From positions 1 to 64,000 of IMG/VR virus record IMGVR_UViG_3300035162_004754: 64,000 bases of DNA; one strand, 5' to 3'. Below, in pieces: positions 56,146-64,000 of this stretch. The notes under the pieces are model-generated. The model was not told the origin of the DNA. It searched no databases and was given only the letters and a program-made list of their open reading frames with translations. This DNA is from a virus. Position 1 is the stretch's first letter; each line of letters opens with the position of its first letter. Made by a program: the position numbers and the translations under genes.

Positions 56146-56825
56146 TGTTTAATCATGTTGATTTGAATCTCCCTCAACTTGAGAGGGAGACTATTGATGG
56201 AGTCAGATACTATTCTGTTCCTGATGAAGAAGAACTCTTAAAACTAGTTTCTATCACTTCGGTGACTAGTCATTATAATAAGGAGACTTTTGTAAAATGG
56301 AGAAAAAGAGTTGGTGATGAAGAAGCAAATCGAGTCACAAAAGCGGCAACACGTCGTGGAACTGATTTTCATAGTCTTACTGAGTGTCACCTAAAGAATA
56401 TAGAGTTACTAAAAGTTCCTCCTATTTCTGATTTTCTATTTAAGATTTCTAAGGGAACTTTAAAGAACATTGACAATATTCATGCTCTGGAAACTTCCCT
56501 ATATAGTAAGCAGTTGGGTATTGCTGGAACCGTCGATTGTATTGCAGAATACGAGGGTGAATTAGCAATAATTGACTTCAAGACTTCTAAAAAACCGAAA
56601 CCAAGAAATTGGATCGAAAACTATTTTGTACAATGTGCGGCATATGGATGTATGTTGTATGAAATGACTGGTATTCCGGTCAAAAAATTTGTAATCATTA
56701 TGGCTTGTGAAAATGGAGAATGCGTCGTCTACGAAGAAAGAGACAAATCAAAGTACATCAAACTTCTCACCGAATATATTAGAAAGTTTGTTACAGATAA
56801 ATTGGAACTCTATGGAACCGAATAA
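56145..56825 (+). CDS. PD-(D/E)XK exonuclease
   Basis: SITSV, RGTDFH, AGTVDC, IIDFKTS, YFVQ..AY. Confidence 0.88.
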   Translation: MFNHVDLNLPQLERETIDGVRYYSVPDEEELLKLVSITSVTSHYNKETFVKWRKRVGDEEANRVTKAATRRGTDFHSLTECHLKNIELLKVPPISDFLFKISKGTLKNIDNIHALETSLYSKQLGIAGTVDCIAEYEGELAIIDFKTSKKPKPRNWIENYFVQCAAYGCMLYEMTGIPVKKFVIIMACENGECVVYEERDKSKYIKLLTEYIRKFVTDKLELYGTE

Positions 56826-57072
56826 AGAACTGGAACAGGTAATTAATAGTAAATTTCTAACACCATCTAAGTTTGCATTAGAAATAGAAAAGATTGTTGC
56901 CGAAGAAAAAATAAACTACATTGATGCTATTTGCCATTATTGTGAACTGAATGGACTCGATGTAGATTCAATTACAAAACTTGTATCAAAACCACTGAAG
57001 GAAAAACTGAAGTGGGATGCTACGAGACTTAATTTTATGAAAGCAACTTCGAGAGCAAAACTGCCTTTATGA
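56812..57072 (+). CDS. Late promoter transcription accessory protein gp33
   Basis: F...IE......YIDAI..YC......LVSKPLKEKL..A..LNF; start moved to ATG 56812. Confidence 0.8.
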   Translation: MEPNKELEQVINSKFLTPSKFALEIEKIVAEEKINYIDAICHYCELNGLDVDSITKLVSKPLKEKLKWDATRLNFMKATSRAKLPL

Positions 57073-57665
57073 AAGTGTCCCCATTTGATACCTACCAACA
57101 TTATTTGTCACTTAAAAATCATTTTACGAATCCAAAATACGACTTCTTTCGATATGGTGCGAAGACCCGTGCAAGTGTATCTTCATTCAATAAAAGAAGA
57201 GATAAGTATTGGTTCGAGAAAACCAGTCGTAAATATAATGATGAAGAAGTTGTAAAATTTCTTGTATCTAATTTCGCATACGCCGACAACCCACAAAACT
57301 TATGGATTGGAGAAATTATCAGTTCTGGAGAAAGGACTTACGCAGATTGGACAAAGAGACAACAGAGTTTGACTTACTTGTTCAAAGAACAAAGCAACGA
57401 ATTACTCTCGAACAACGAATTAGAGAATCTATTCAGTTGCTCGAAAGGTCATCCAACAATCTTAAAAAGATTTCTTGGTGGAGACATAAGTCTTGAAACT
57501 TTTGTAATCTATGATAGAATATTCTCATTCAGAAAGAAGTTTGATAAGAAACTGAAAGATCCTGTATGGGAAACCGTAAGTTTAAAACTCCAAAAATATT
57601 CTCCCTTTCTAAATATTGATGTATTCAAGTTTAAGAAAATTTTGCGGGCCCTTGTAGATGAGTGA
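57069..57665 (+). CDS. Helicase loader gp59
   Basis: YLSLKNHF...YDFF.Y, F.KR.DKYWFEK; synteny gp33-gp59-gp32. Confidence 0.85.
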   Translation: MKVSPFDTYQHYLSLKNHFTNPKYDFFRYGAKTRASVSSFNKRRDKYWFEKTSRKYNDEEVVKFLVSNFAYADNPQNLWIGEIISSGERTYADWTKRQQSLTYLFKEQSNELLSNNELENLFSCSKGHPTILKRFLGGDISLETFVIYDRIFSFRKKFDKKLKDPVWETVSLKLQKYSPFLNIDVFKFKKILRALVDE

Positions 57666-57990
57666 CTTTTTTGATTCTGAAATCATTCAGGAAGAACTGA
57701 GTGAAATTAATGAAATGCAAGAAAAAATCTACGAGAGTTTTATTACTTTCGGTAGAATGTCCCGTGAACAAAAACTTGAGCACGTTGAAATACTTACAAC
57801 CTTGCTTGAAAAACAGCAAGTGATGTATACTAGACTATCTCTTTCTGATGACCCAAAGGCCATCGAAATGAAAGATAATCTACGCAAGTCAGTTTCAATG
57901 ATGGGTTTCCCACCAGAGACTGATATGCTGACTTTATTCAATAGTATGAATGCCACAATCAAATCTCTCAAAGACTATATTGACGACTGA
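57658..57990 (+). CDS. DUF1825-like protein
   Basis: FFDSEIIQEE...EKQ..MY.RLSLSDDP. Confidence 0.7.
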   Translation: MSDFFDSEIIQEELSEINEMQEKIYESFITFGRMSREQKLEHVEILTTLLEKQQVMYTRLSLSDDPKAIEMKDNLRKSVSMMGFPPETDMLTLFNSMNATIKSLKDYIDD

Positions 57991-58053
57991 GAGAATTTCT
58001 GCTATACTATCCGAGTAAATCCAAAACATCCAAACTAATCTAAGGTAATCCAA

Positions 58054-58977
58054 ATGTCTTTTGCTGATCTTAAGAAGCAATCCAAACTTGGCTCCCTGAC
58101 TGAAAAACTGGTCAAGGAAGTCGAAAAAATGAATAATGCAGGTAGTTCAGGAGATGATCGTCTCTGGAAACTAGAATGTGATAAAGGTGGTAATGGTTAT
58201 GCCGTTATTCGTTTCCTTCCTGCTCCTGAAGGTGAAGACCTTCCATTCGTCAAACTCTATTCCCATGCCTTTCAAGGTCCTGGTGGATGGTATATTGAAA
58301 ACTCTCTGACGACACTGAATCAGAAAGATCCAATGTCAGAATACAACACGATGCTGTGGAATAACGGCACAGATTCTGGTAAAGATCAGGCACGTAAGCA
58401 GAAACGTAAACTGACTTATGTTGCAAACATCTATGTTGTAAAAGATCCTGCTAATCCTTCCAATGAAGGTCAGGTAATGCTTTACAAATTCGGTAAGAAA
58501 ATCTTTGATAAGATTACTGCCGCAATGCAACCTGAGTTTGAGGACGAGGAAGCAATTGATCCGTTTGACTTCTGGCAGGGTGCTAATTTCAAACTGAAGG
58601 CAAAAAATGTTGCCGGTTATCGTAACTATGATTCTTCAGAGTTTGCCCGTCAGGATGCACTTCTGGAAGATGATGAAGCAATGGAAGCAATCTGGAAAAA
58701 AGAGTATTCTCTCGAAGATTTTGTTGCTCCCGATCAGTTCAAGTCTTATGATGAATTGAAAAAGCGTCTTGATTATGTTCTTGGTATCAAAGGAACGACT
58801 AAGTTCCAAGATCAAGAATCCGTTCAGGAAGAAGAAGAGTTCCGTCAACAGAATCGTGGAGAATCGGCACCTCCAGTTCCTCAATCAATGAAAGAAGAAT
58901 TGACTGACCTTTCTTCTACCAATACTGATGAAGATGATGATACACTCTCATACTTTGCCGCACTCGCAGCAGACTAA
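58054..58977 (+). CDS. Single-stranded DNA-binding protein gp32
   Basis: GNGYAVIRFLP, WYIENSLTTL, KFGKKIFDKI, GANFKLK, acidic C-terminus. Confidence 0.95.
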   Translation: MSFADLKKQSKLGSLTEKLVKEVEKMNNAGSSGDDRLWKLECDKGGNGYAVIRFLPAPEGEDLPFVKLYSHAFQGPGGWYIENSLTTLNQKDPMSEYNTMLWNNGTDSGKDQARKQKRKLTYVANIYVVKDPANPSNEGQVMLYKFGKKIFDKITAAMQPEFEDEEAIDPFDFWQGANFKLKAKNVAGYRNYDSSEFARQDALLEDDEAMEAIWKKEYSLEDFVAPDQFKSYDELKKRLDYVLGIKGTTKFQDQESVQEEEEFRQQNRGESAPPVPQSMKEELTDLSSTNTDEDDDTLSYFAALAAD

Positions 58978-58985
58978 GTAAGATG

Positions 58986-59008
58986 GGGAGGGAAACCTCC
59001 CTTTTTTT
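58986..59008 (+). terminator. Intrinsic terminator after gp32
   Basis: GGGAGG-GAAA-CCTCCC followed by T7. Confidence 0.85.
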
Positions 59009-59657
59009 ATGGGTTAGTGGATCTAGTATTTTCTGTTCTGATTAGATTATCGTTAATATATTCTGATGAACGTCCATAAATCATAATTTCTCTCATATCA
59101 TTCAAAAACTGTTGTAAATATGATGGTTTTAGTATATAGATGGATGATTTCTCATTATTTTTTCTAACTTCATATTCATAGTTATTGATATTAATCACAG
59201 GATTTAAAGTAGTTGCAGTATTCGAAGGATCTGGAATTGTAAAATCTTCATCTACAACTTTACCTGCAGGAAGAATCAATCTACCTTGAGTATCTTTTAC
59301 TTCTGTTGTTTCATAATGATGCACGGAAGATAATCCAGTAATACCATACTTATTTTCTGCATATCGATAGAGATCACGATTTGACAGTGGCCACTGATCT
59401 CTGACTCTTGTAATATTTGCCGTCATTAATACAACCCAATCAAGTTCTGCACTTCCATAAAATTCTTCGGCAATTGTATCAGGTCTTGCACCCTCTACAA
59501 TTTCATACTTATCAAAGATGGTGAATACATTTTGTAAGTCATCACGCAACTTATTTCTTCTGAATAAATTCTTAACTCTCAAATAATTTTGGGAAGAATT
59601 GCTATCAGATAAAAATGATTGATAATCTAATTCTGGTAGTTCTCTGAAGTATCCCAT
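59007..59657 (-). CDS. Baseplate wedge protein gp53
   Basis: YFRELP, RPD.IA..FYG...LDWVVL..N, HHYET, NYEYE...N. Confidence 0.88.
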   Translation of the reverse strand: MGYFRELPELDYQSFLSDSNSSQNYLRVKNLFRRNKLRDDLQNVFTIFDKYEIVEGARPDTIAEEFYGSAELDWVVLMTANITRVRDQWPLSNRDLYRYAENKYGITGLSSVHHYETTEVKDTQGRLILPAGKVVDEDFTIPDPSNTATTLNPVININNYEYEVRKNNEKSSIYILKPSYLQQFLNDMREIMIYGRSSEYINDNLIRTENTRSTNP

Positions 59658-59658
59658 T

Positions 59659-60624
59659 TTAGTATCCTACTCCTGTTATTTCATCACCATAATCAACATC
59701 ATAAACTGGTTCAATTTCTTTAAAACTTAAATCCATTTGCATAGAAACTGGTGTTCCATCATCATATGTCGCATAAGTTCCGTCTGCCGTATAACTGACA
59801 TTAATACTTTCCATAAAACATTGTTTGAATTTGTTTAAGAAAGAATGTTCTGTTGCACCTTGACGATATCTTAATTCAAAAACATCTGGTGTGCTAAGAA
59901 ATGTTGTGTTAGTCGTAGTAGAACCTTCACCCGATGATACTTTGGGTGCCATATGTGTTTTAAAGCATCTAATAATGTTTTTAATTTCTATTGCTTCGTC
60001 TCTATTTCTTGGAGTCATTTTGAATGAAAATCTAAAAGATCTCAAAGATGGTCCATTAAAAAGAAGTTCCATATTAGGATTTAAGATTTCACCCGATGTT
60101 CTTGCCAAAAGTTGATCTGGAGTAATATTGACACCTGCGATTCCTGCTGCTTCACTTGCCAATTGTCTAGTAAGAAATCCTTGAACTCCTCCAATTCCTC
60201 CTGACGATTTACTAATACGTTCTAGAGTTCTAGCACCTGCATCAAGTACACTTTGAGCTCCTTCTTTCATATCTTTGTTAAAGTCTGCACCAGCTCCCAT
60301 AATGCCACCAACACCACTGACTAATGCAGCTCCAATACTATTCAAACTGGAGTCACCATATTTTGTACTATTACTATCACTAATATTTGATGGAATTGGA
60401 AGTAGTATGGTTTTTATTTTACTCTTTCCCTGCTGAGGCCCCTGATTTCTTCTACCACCCGGTGCGTTTACGAGAGGTTTTCCAATAGGTTTATACTTAA
60501 TAACATCTATTTGCAGATAATCTGTAGTTTCTGCAATCATTGTATATGGATAACGTAATACTTTTTTATTACTAGAGGGTTTGTAATCTGAGGATAATGG
60601 TACAGTTCCTGGTGTTGCCGCCAT
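59659..60624 (-). CDS. Baseplate tail tube cap gp48
   Basis: NPNMELLFNGPSLRSFRFSFKMTPRN..EA. Confidence 0.85.
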   Translation of the reverse strand: MAATPGTVPLSSDYKPSSNKKVLRYPYTMIAETTDYLQIDVIKYKPIGKPLVNAPGGRRNQGPQQGKSKIKTILLPIPSNISDSNSTKYGDSSLNSIGAALVSGVGGIMGAGADFNKDMKEGAQSVLDAGARTLERISKSSGGIGGVQGFLTRQLASEAAGIAGVNITPDQLLARTSGEILNPNMELLFNGPSLRSFRFSFKMTPRNRDEAIEIKNIIRCFKTHMAPKVSSGEGSTTTNTTFLSTPDVFELRYRQGATEHSFLNKFKQCFMESINVSYTADGTYATYDDGTPVSMQMDLSFKEIEPVYDVDYGDEITGVGY

Positions 60625-60644
60625 CTATATTTCTCTCTTTACAA

Positions 60645-61046
60645 CTATTTAGAACGAACTTTAGCAAAACCGAGTTCTATCACATCAGACATCTCTTCTG
60701 GATAGATTTCGTAGAGTCCACCGATGATTTGATTGTAATCATATTGCCTTCTACTATTCTGTGTATCCCAATGAAAATTAATTCCACGAAACCCCCAAGA
60801 AAATACTTCGGTAACACCTACAAGAGGGTGTTGGTCATACTGCATTCCTGGTGTCTTGGCATTATAAAAGAAGGTATAATATTTTCCACTAGAAGGAACT
60901 TTACCACCTTCGGATAAAACACTGATTAATTCAGTCATAATATCATCAGCAGTTTCAATACCAATTAAATTATCAACAACACCACGCACACGATTATCAT
61001 TATCTTCTGTTGGATTTCTTCTTTGTTGGAGTGTCTTTCTTGGCAT
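60645..61046 (-). CDS. gp2-like DNA end protector-related protein
   Basis: GKYY.F.Y.AKT....YD..PLV....GFRGINFH. Confidence 0.65.
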   Translation of the reverse strand: MPRKTLQQRRNPTEDNDNRVRGVVDNLIGIETADDIMTELISVLSEGGKVPSSGKYYTFFYNAKTPGMQYDQHPLVGVTEVFSWGFRGINFHWDTQNSRRQYDYNQIIGGLYEIYPEEMSDVIELGFAKVRSK

Positions 61047-61483
61047 TACTTAATACCGAGTTCGTTTTCTGTAAGGACCTTAAACTCATAACCATGATCT
61101 AAACACCATTCTTTGGCGGCATTCCACTTTGCCTGATTTTTAGCATACTCAACGACTTCATAGATATAACCTTTTGTCTTTCTTTGTTTGACTTTAGGTT
61201 CGATACACTGTTTAAATGGTTTGATTTCAATAATCATTTTTTTAATCATACCATTTGATTCTTTGACCTTAATATAAAAGTCTGGAAAGTATCTGTGGTA
61301 TCTGTTATCAATGGGTGAACGATAGGGAACAATAACTTCTTCACTTCCCCATTCTAAAATATTCTGGTTATTGTCACAATAAATCATAAATCGACGCTCC
61401 CATAAGGAACGATATACGATGTTATTGGGATCACCCTTATACTTTTTAGGATAAGATGGTTTATATTTTCCCTTATATGACAT
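61046..61483 (-). CDS. Head completion nuclease gp4
   Basis: YKGDP..IVYRSLWE, WGSEE, RYFPDF, IEIKP, NQAKW.AA. Confidence 0.93.
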   Translation of the reverse strand: MSYKGKYKPSYPKKYKGDPNNIVYRSLWERRFMIYCDNNQNILEWGSEEVIVPYRSPIDNRYHRYFPDFYIKVKESNGMIKKMIIEIKPFKQCIEPKVKQRKTKGYIYEVVEYAKNQAKWNAAKEWCLDHGYEFKVLTENELGIK

Positions 61484-61523
61484 CTAAATAACTAATAATA
61501 AAAGACCATATAAGGTATTTAGA

Positions 61524-62483
61524 GTGGCAGTAAAACCTATAGTAAAATTTATTAGAAACTCTAGAGGTGGAGATGGTGATGTAGATCCTCAACGTTTATT
61601 TGGAAATTTAGCACAGACTAATCACTATCAAGTAGATTTTTCATCTCTTTCAACTTTTGGTGGTCAAGGACTTTTGGGATATATAGAGTCTAAGTTTGGA
61701 GTTAATTTAGATTTTATTTCTCGTAATTCTGGTCTTCTTTGTTCTGAAGCATCATTACCAGGAACTAGTCTTGCGACGGCAGAAGTAAAAGACAACTTTA
61801 TGGGAATATCGCAAGAATTTGCCCATACGAGATTATACACTGATTTTGATTTTACTTTTTATGTCGATAGTGACTATAATAATCTGAGATTTTTTGAGGG
61901 ATGGATTGATTTTATTTCAAGTGGCAGTGAAATTGGTGATGGAGCACTTCCCTCACAATCTAATTACTATCGTAGAATGAGATATCCCGATAGTTATAAG
62001 TGTCAGACAATATCAATTACTAAATTTGAAAAGAATTTTGGACCTAGAATAACATATTCATTCATGAATGCATTTCCAAAATTAATCAGTGCAGTTCCCG
62101 TTTCTTATGGTGGTGCCGATGTATTAAAAGTGAGTGTAAGTTTTAATTATGATCGATATGTTATAGGTAATAATGGATTTTCTAAAGGATTTCAAGGTTC
62201 TTTTGCTGATCCTAAACAACAATCTTCGGAATTGAAACAAGTACAACTTAATACACTTAAATCTGTAACTCCTCCGGCAGCAACAGGAGCACCGGCAGCA
62301 GCAACAGAGGTAGCAAGACAAACAAGACTTGAAGCAGAGACACAAAGAATTGTGGATAGTAATACTGTTCCTGCCGGTTCTTTTGGTATTACCCCTAGAT
62401 CTGCTCCGGAAGGCGCTTTTGGAATTTCTGAAGCAGGGAGAAGACAAGCATATGCTAATCGTGCTCAATTGGGTGAAATATAA
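61524..62483 (+). CDS. Tail tube initiator / gp54-like protein
   Basis: LLCSEASLPG.SLAT, FTFYVD, FFEGW, Y.F.NAFP, V.F.Y. Confidence 0.7.
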   Translation: MAVKPIVKFIRNSRGGDGDVDPQRLFGNLAQTNHYQVDFSSLSTFGGQGLLGYIESKFGVNLDFISRNSGLLCSEASLPGTSLATAEVKDNFMGISQEFAHTRLYTDFDFTFYVDSDYNNLRFFEGWIDFISSGSEIGDGALPSQSNYYRRMRYPDSYKCQTISITKFEKNFGPRITYSFMNAFPKLISAVPVSYGGADVLKVSVSFNYDRYVIGNNGFSKGFQGSFADPKQQSSELKQVQLNTLKSVTPPAATGAPAAATEVARQTRLEAETQRIVDSNTVPAGSFGITPRSAPEGAFGISEAGRRQAYANRAQLGEI

Positions 62484-62520
62484 CTCTCTAAATAAAAATA
62501 ACTGAATTATATTAATTACT

Positions 62521-63243
62521 ATGCCTTTACCTAAGATTAATACTCCAACGTATGAGATGACGTTGCCTTCCACAGGAAAGAAGATTAAATATAGACCTTT
62601 CCTTGTGAGAGAAGAAAAGATTTTAATTCTGGCAATGGAATCTGAAAATATGACAGATATTACCAATTCCATTATACAAATTCTTTCTGATTGTATTCTT
62701 ACTGAAAATGTAAAAATCGAATCTCTTGCCACTTTTGATATTGAATATTTGTTTCTAAATGTAAGAGCAAGATCTGTTGGAGAAACTGTTGATGTGAATA
62801 TTACTTGTCCTGATGATGGTGAGACACAGGTAGAAATGTCGATTGATATTGATTCGATTAAGATTCAGAAGACTAGAGGTCATAAGAATATTATTAAACT
62901 AGATGATGAACTCTCAATGAAACTTCGTTATCCTTCACTGGATCAATTTGTTGAGAATAATTTTGAGACCGGAGAAGTTGTAAGTGAAGTTGGACAATCA
63001 CTTGCAATGATTTCATCTTGTATTGAGATGATTTACAATCAAGAAGAAAGTTGGGAAGCATCCGAATATTCGAGAAAAGAACTTGATGAGTTCCTTGAAC
63101 AAATGAACACAAAACAATTTAAACAAATCGAAAAGTTCTTTACTACAATGCCAAAACTTTCTCATACAATTGCAGTAAAAAATCCAGAAACTGGTGTGGA
63201 ATCTGAAGTTGTTTTGGAAGGACTAGCAAGTTTTTTCAGTTAG
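62521..63243 (+). CDS. Baseplate hub protein (cyanophage gp26 annotation)
   Basis: MPLPKI.TPTYE, YRPFLV.EEK.L, DIEYLFL..RA.SVGE, FF.TMPKL, LEGLASFF. Confidence 0.88.
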   Translation: MPLPKINTPTYEMTLPSTGKKIKYRPFLVREEKILILAMESENMTDITNSIIQILSDCILTENVKIESLATFDIEYLFLNVRARSVGETVDVNITCPDDGETQVEMSIDIDSIKIQKTRGHKNIIKLDDELSMKLRYPSLDQFVENNFETGEVVSEVGQSLAMISSCIEMIYNQEESWEASEYSRKELDEFLEQMNTKQFKQIEKFFTTMPKLSHTIAVKNPETGVESEVVLEGLASFFS

Positions 63244-63245
63244 GT

Positions 63246-63425
63246 ATGGCTCATACAAGTCTTGAGTCATACTACAAGATAAATTTTGCCTTGATGCAGC
63301 ATCATAAATATTCATTAACAGAACTAGAAAATATGATTCCGTGGGAGAGAGAAGTTTATCTTGCTCTACTTCAACAATACATTGAAGAAGAAAACCTAAA
63401 GGCACAACAGCAAAGTGGAATCTAA
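63246..63425 (+). CDS. Baseplate hub assembly protein (cyanophage gp51 annotation, 59 aa)
   Basis: Hand translation MAHTSLESYYKINFALMQHHKYSLTELENMIPWEREVY...; absent from ORF track. Confidence 0.85.
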   Translation: MAHTSLESYYKINFALMQHHKYSLTELENMIPWEREVYLALLQQYIEEENLKAQQQSGI

Positions 63426-64000
63426 CTTAAGTATAAAGACAACAAATACACCAAAGTTTAATGTAAAGACTGTTTCATCGGCAGTTTTTGGAAAAGAAGA
63501 TAGTGCTGGAGGTAGTTCCGGAGAATCTCTCAAAAATATTCATAAGACACTAAGTAAATTATCTGGACATATAAGAAAATCTCTAGTTCGGATTAAGGCA
63601 TTAGAGTTTAATTTATCAAAAATAACTCCTAAAGTTGAAGAAGTAGAAAAGAAAGTAATAGTTAATGCTGAAAAAATTACAAAAATTAAAAATATAATAA
63701 AAACACAGAAAAGTAATATAGGTGAAAAACTTCCTGGTAGTAATAAAGACGATTTAACTAAAAATCTAATAGAAACAAATAAAATTCTTGTTCAAATTCA
63801 AAAAGAACTTATGAGAAGTTCTGCATTGAGATCGCAAGGTGGAAGAGGTGAAACTGATAGAGAAAAAAGAAGTGCATCTAAAGCAAAACTCAATAAAGAA
63901 GAGAGTCAATTAGAAAAATCATCTAGAAGAATACAAAAATCTGTAAGTGAAAAGTCAAATGAATCTTTAGCACCGGTCAAGGGAATCTTTGGTCGTATTA
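63415..64000 (+). CDS. Partial tape-measure/baseplate hub-like coiled-coil protein (runs off window)
   Basis: GTG start, frame open to window end, Lys/Glu-rich helical composition; position after gp26/gp51. Confidence 0.6.
   Translation, partial: MESNLSIKTTNTPKFNVKTVSSAVFGKEDSAGGSSGESLKNIHKTLSKLSGHIRKSLVRIKALEFNLSKITPKVEEVEKKVIVNAEKITKIKNIIKTQKSNIGEKLPGSNKDDLTKNLIETNKILVQIQKELMRSSALRSQGGRGETDREKRSASKAKLNKEESQLEKSSRRIQKSVSEKSNESLAPVKGIFGRI

Noticed and set aside
56145-56825. Cas4-like nuclease as a CRISPR component
   Set aside because: It is the standard T4-like cyanophage exonuclease in phoH-exo-gp33-gp59 synteny; no array nearby.

Overview
A 64 kb segment of a T4-like marine cyanomyovirus. 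The AT-rich sequence, sigma70-type early promoters, TATAAATA late promoters and tRNAs for AGA/GGA codons suggest a Synechococcus host. Left to right: (1) small hypothetical genes, three tRNAs, several promoter-driven structured RNAs, an OMP-like gene, a truncated gnd-like gene and an ndhP homolog missing from the ORF track (1-5.6 kb); (2) an ~18.4 kb nucleotide-sugar/glycosyltransferase island preceded by a wcaG/manA-type RNA (5.5-24 kb); (3) a photosynthesis/metabolism cluster with hli x2, petF, psbA split by a 212-nt group I intron, the free-standing homing endonuclease F-CphI, talC, psbD, purC and purM (24-33 kb); (4) fibre/virion genes, including a 2101-aa repeat fibre and three 12-bladed Kelch-like propeller paralogs interleaved with three 2OG-Fe(II) oxygenases and a fibre chaperone (33.7-51.8 kb); (5) T4 core genes: nrdC, thyX, phoH, exonuclease, gp33, gp59, gp32, gp53, gp48, gp2-like, gp4, gp54-like, gp26, gp51 and the start of a tape-measure-like gene (52-64 kb). 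The best candidates for new biology are a putative -1 frameshift fusing gp26 to gp51, an intertwined double glutamine-aptamer RNA with an ORF nested inside it, a phycobiliprotein-like domain in a virion protein, the shuffled propeller library with flanking hydroxylases, and a recoded psbD 3' end. All protein calls come from motif recognition by eye; no searches were run.
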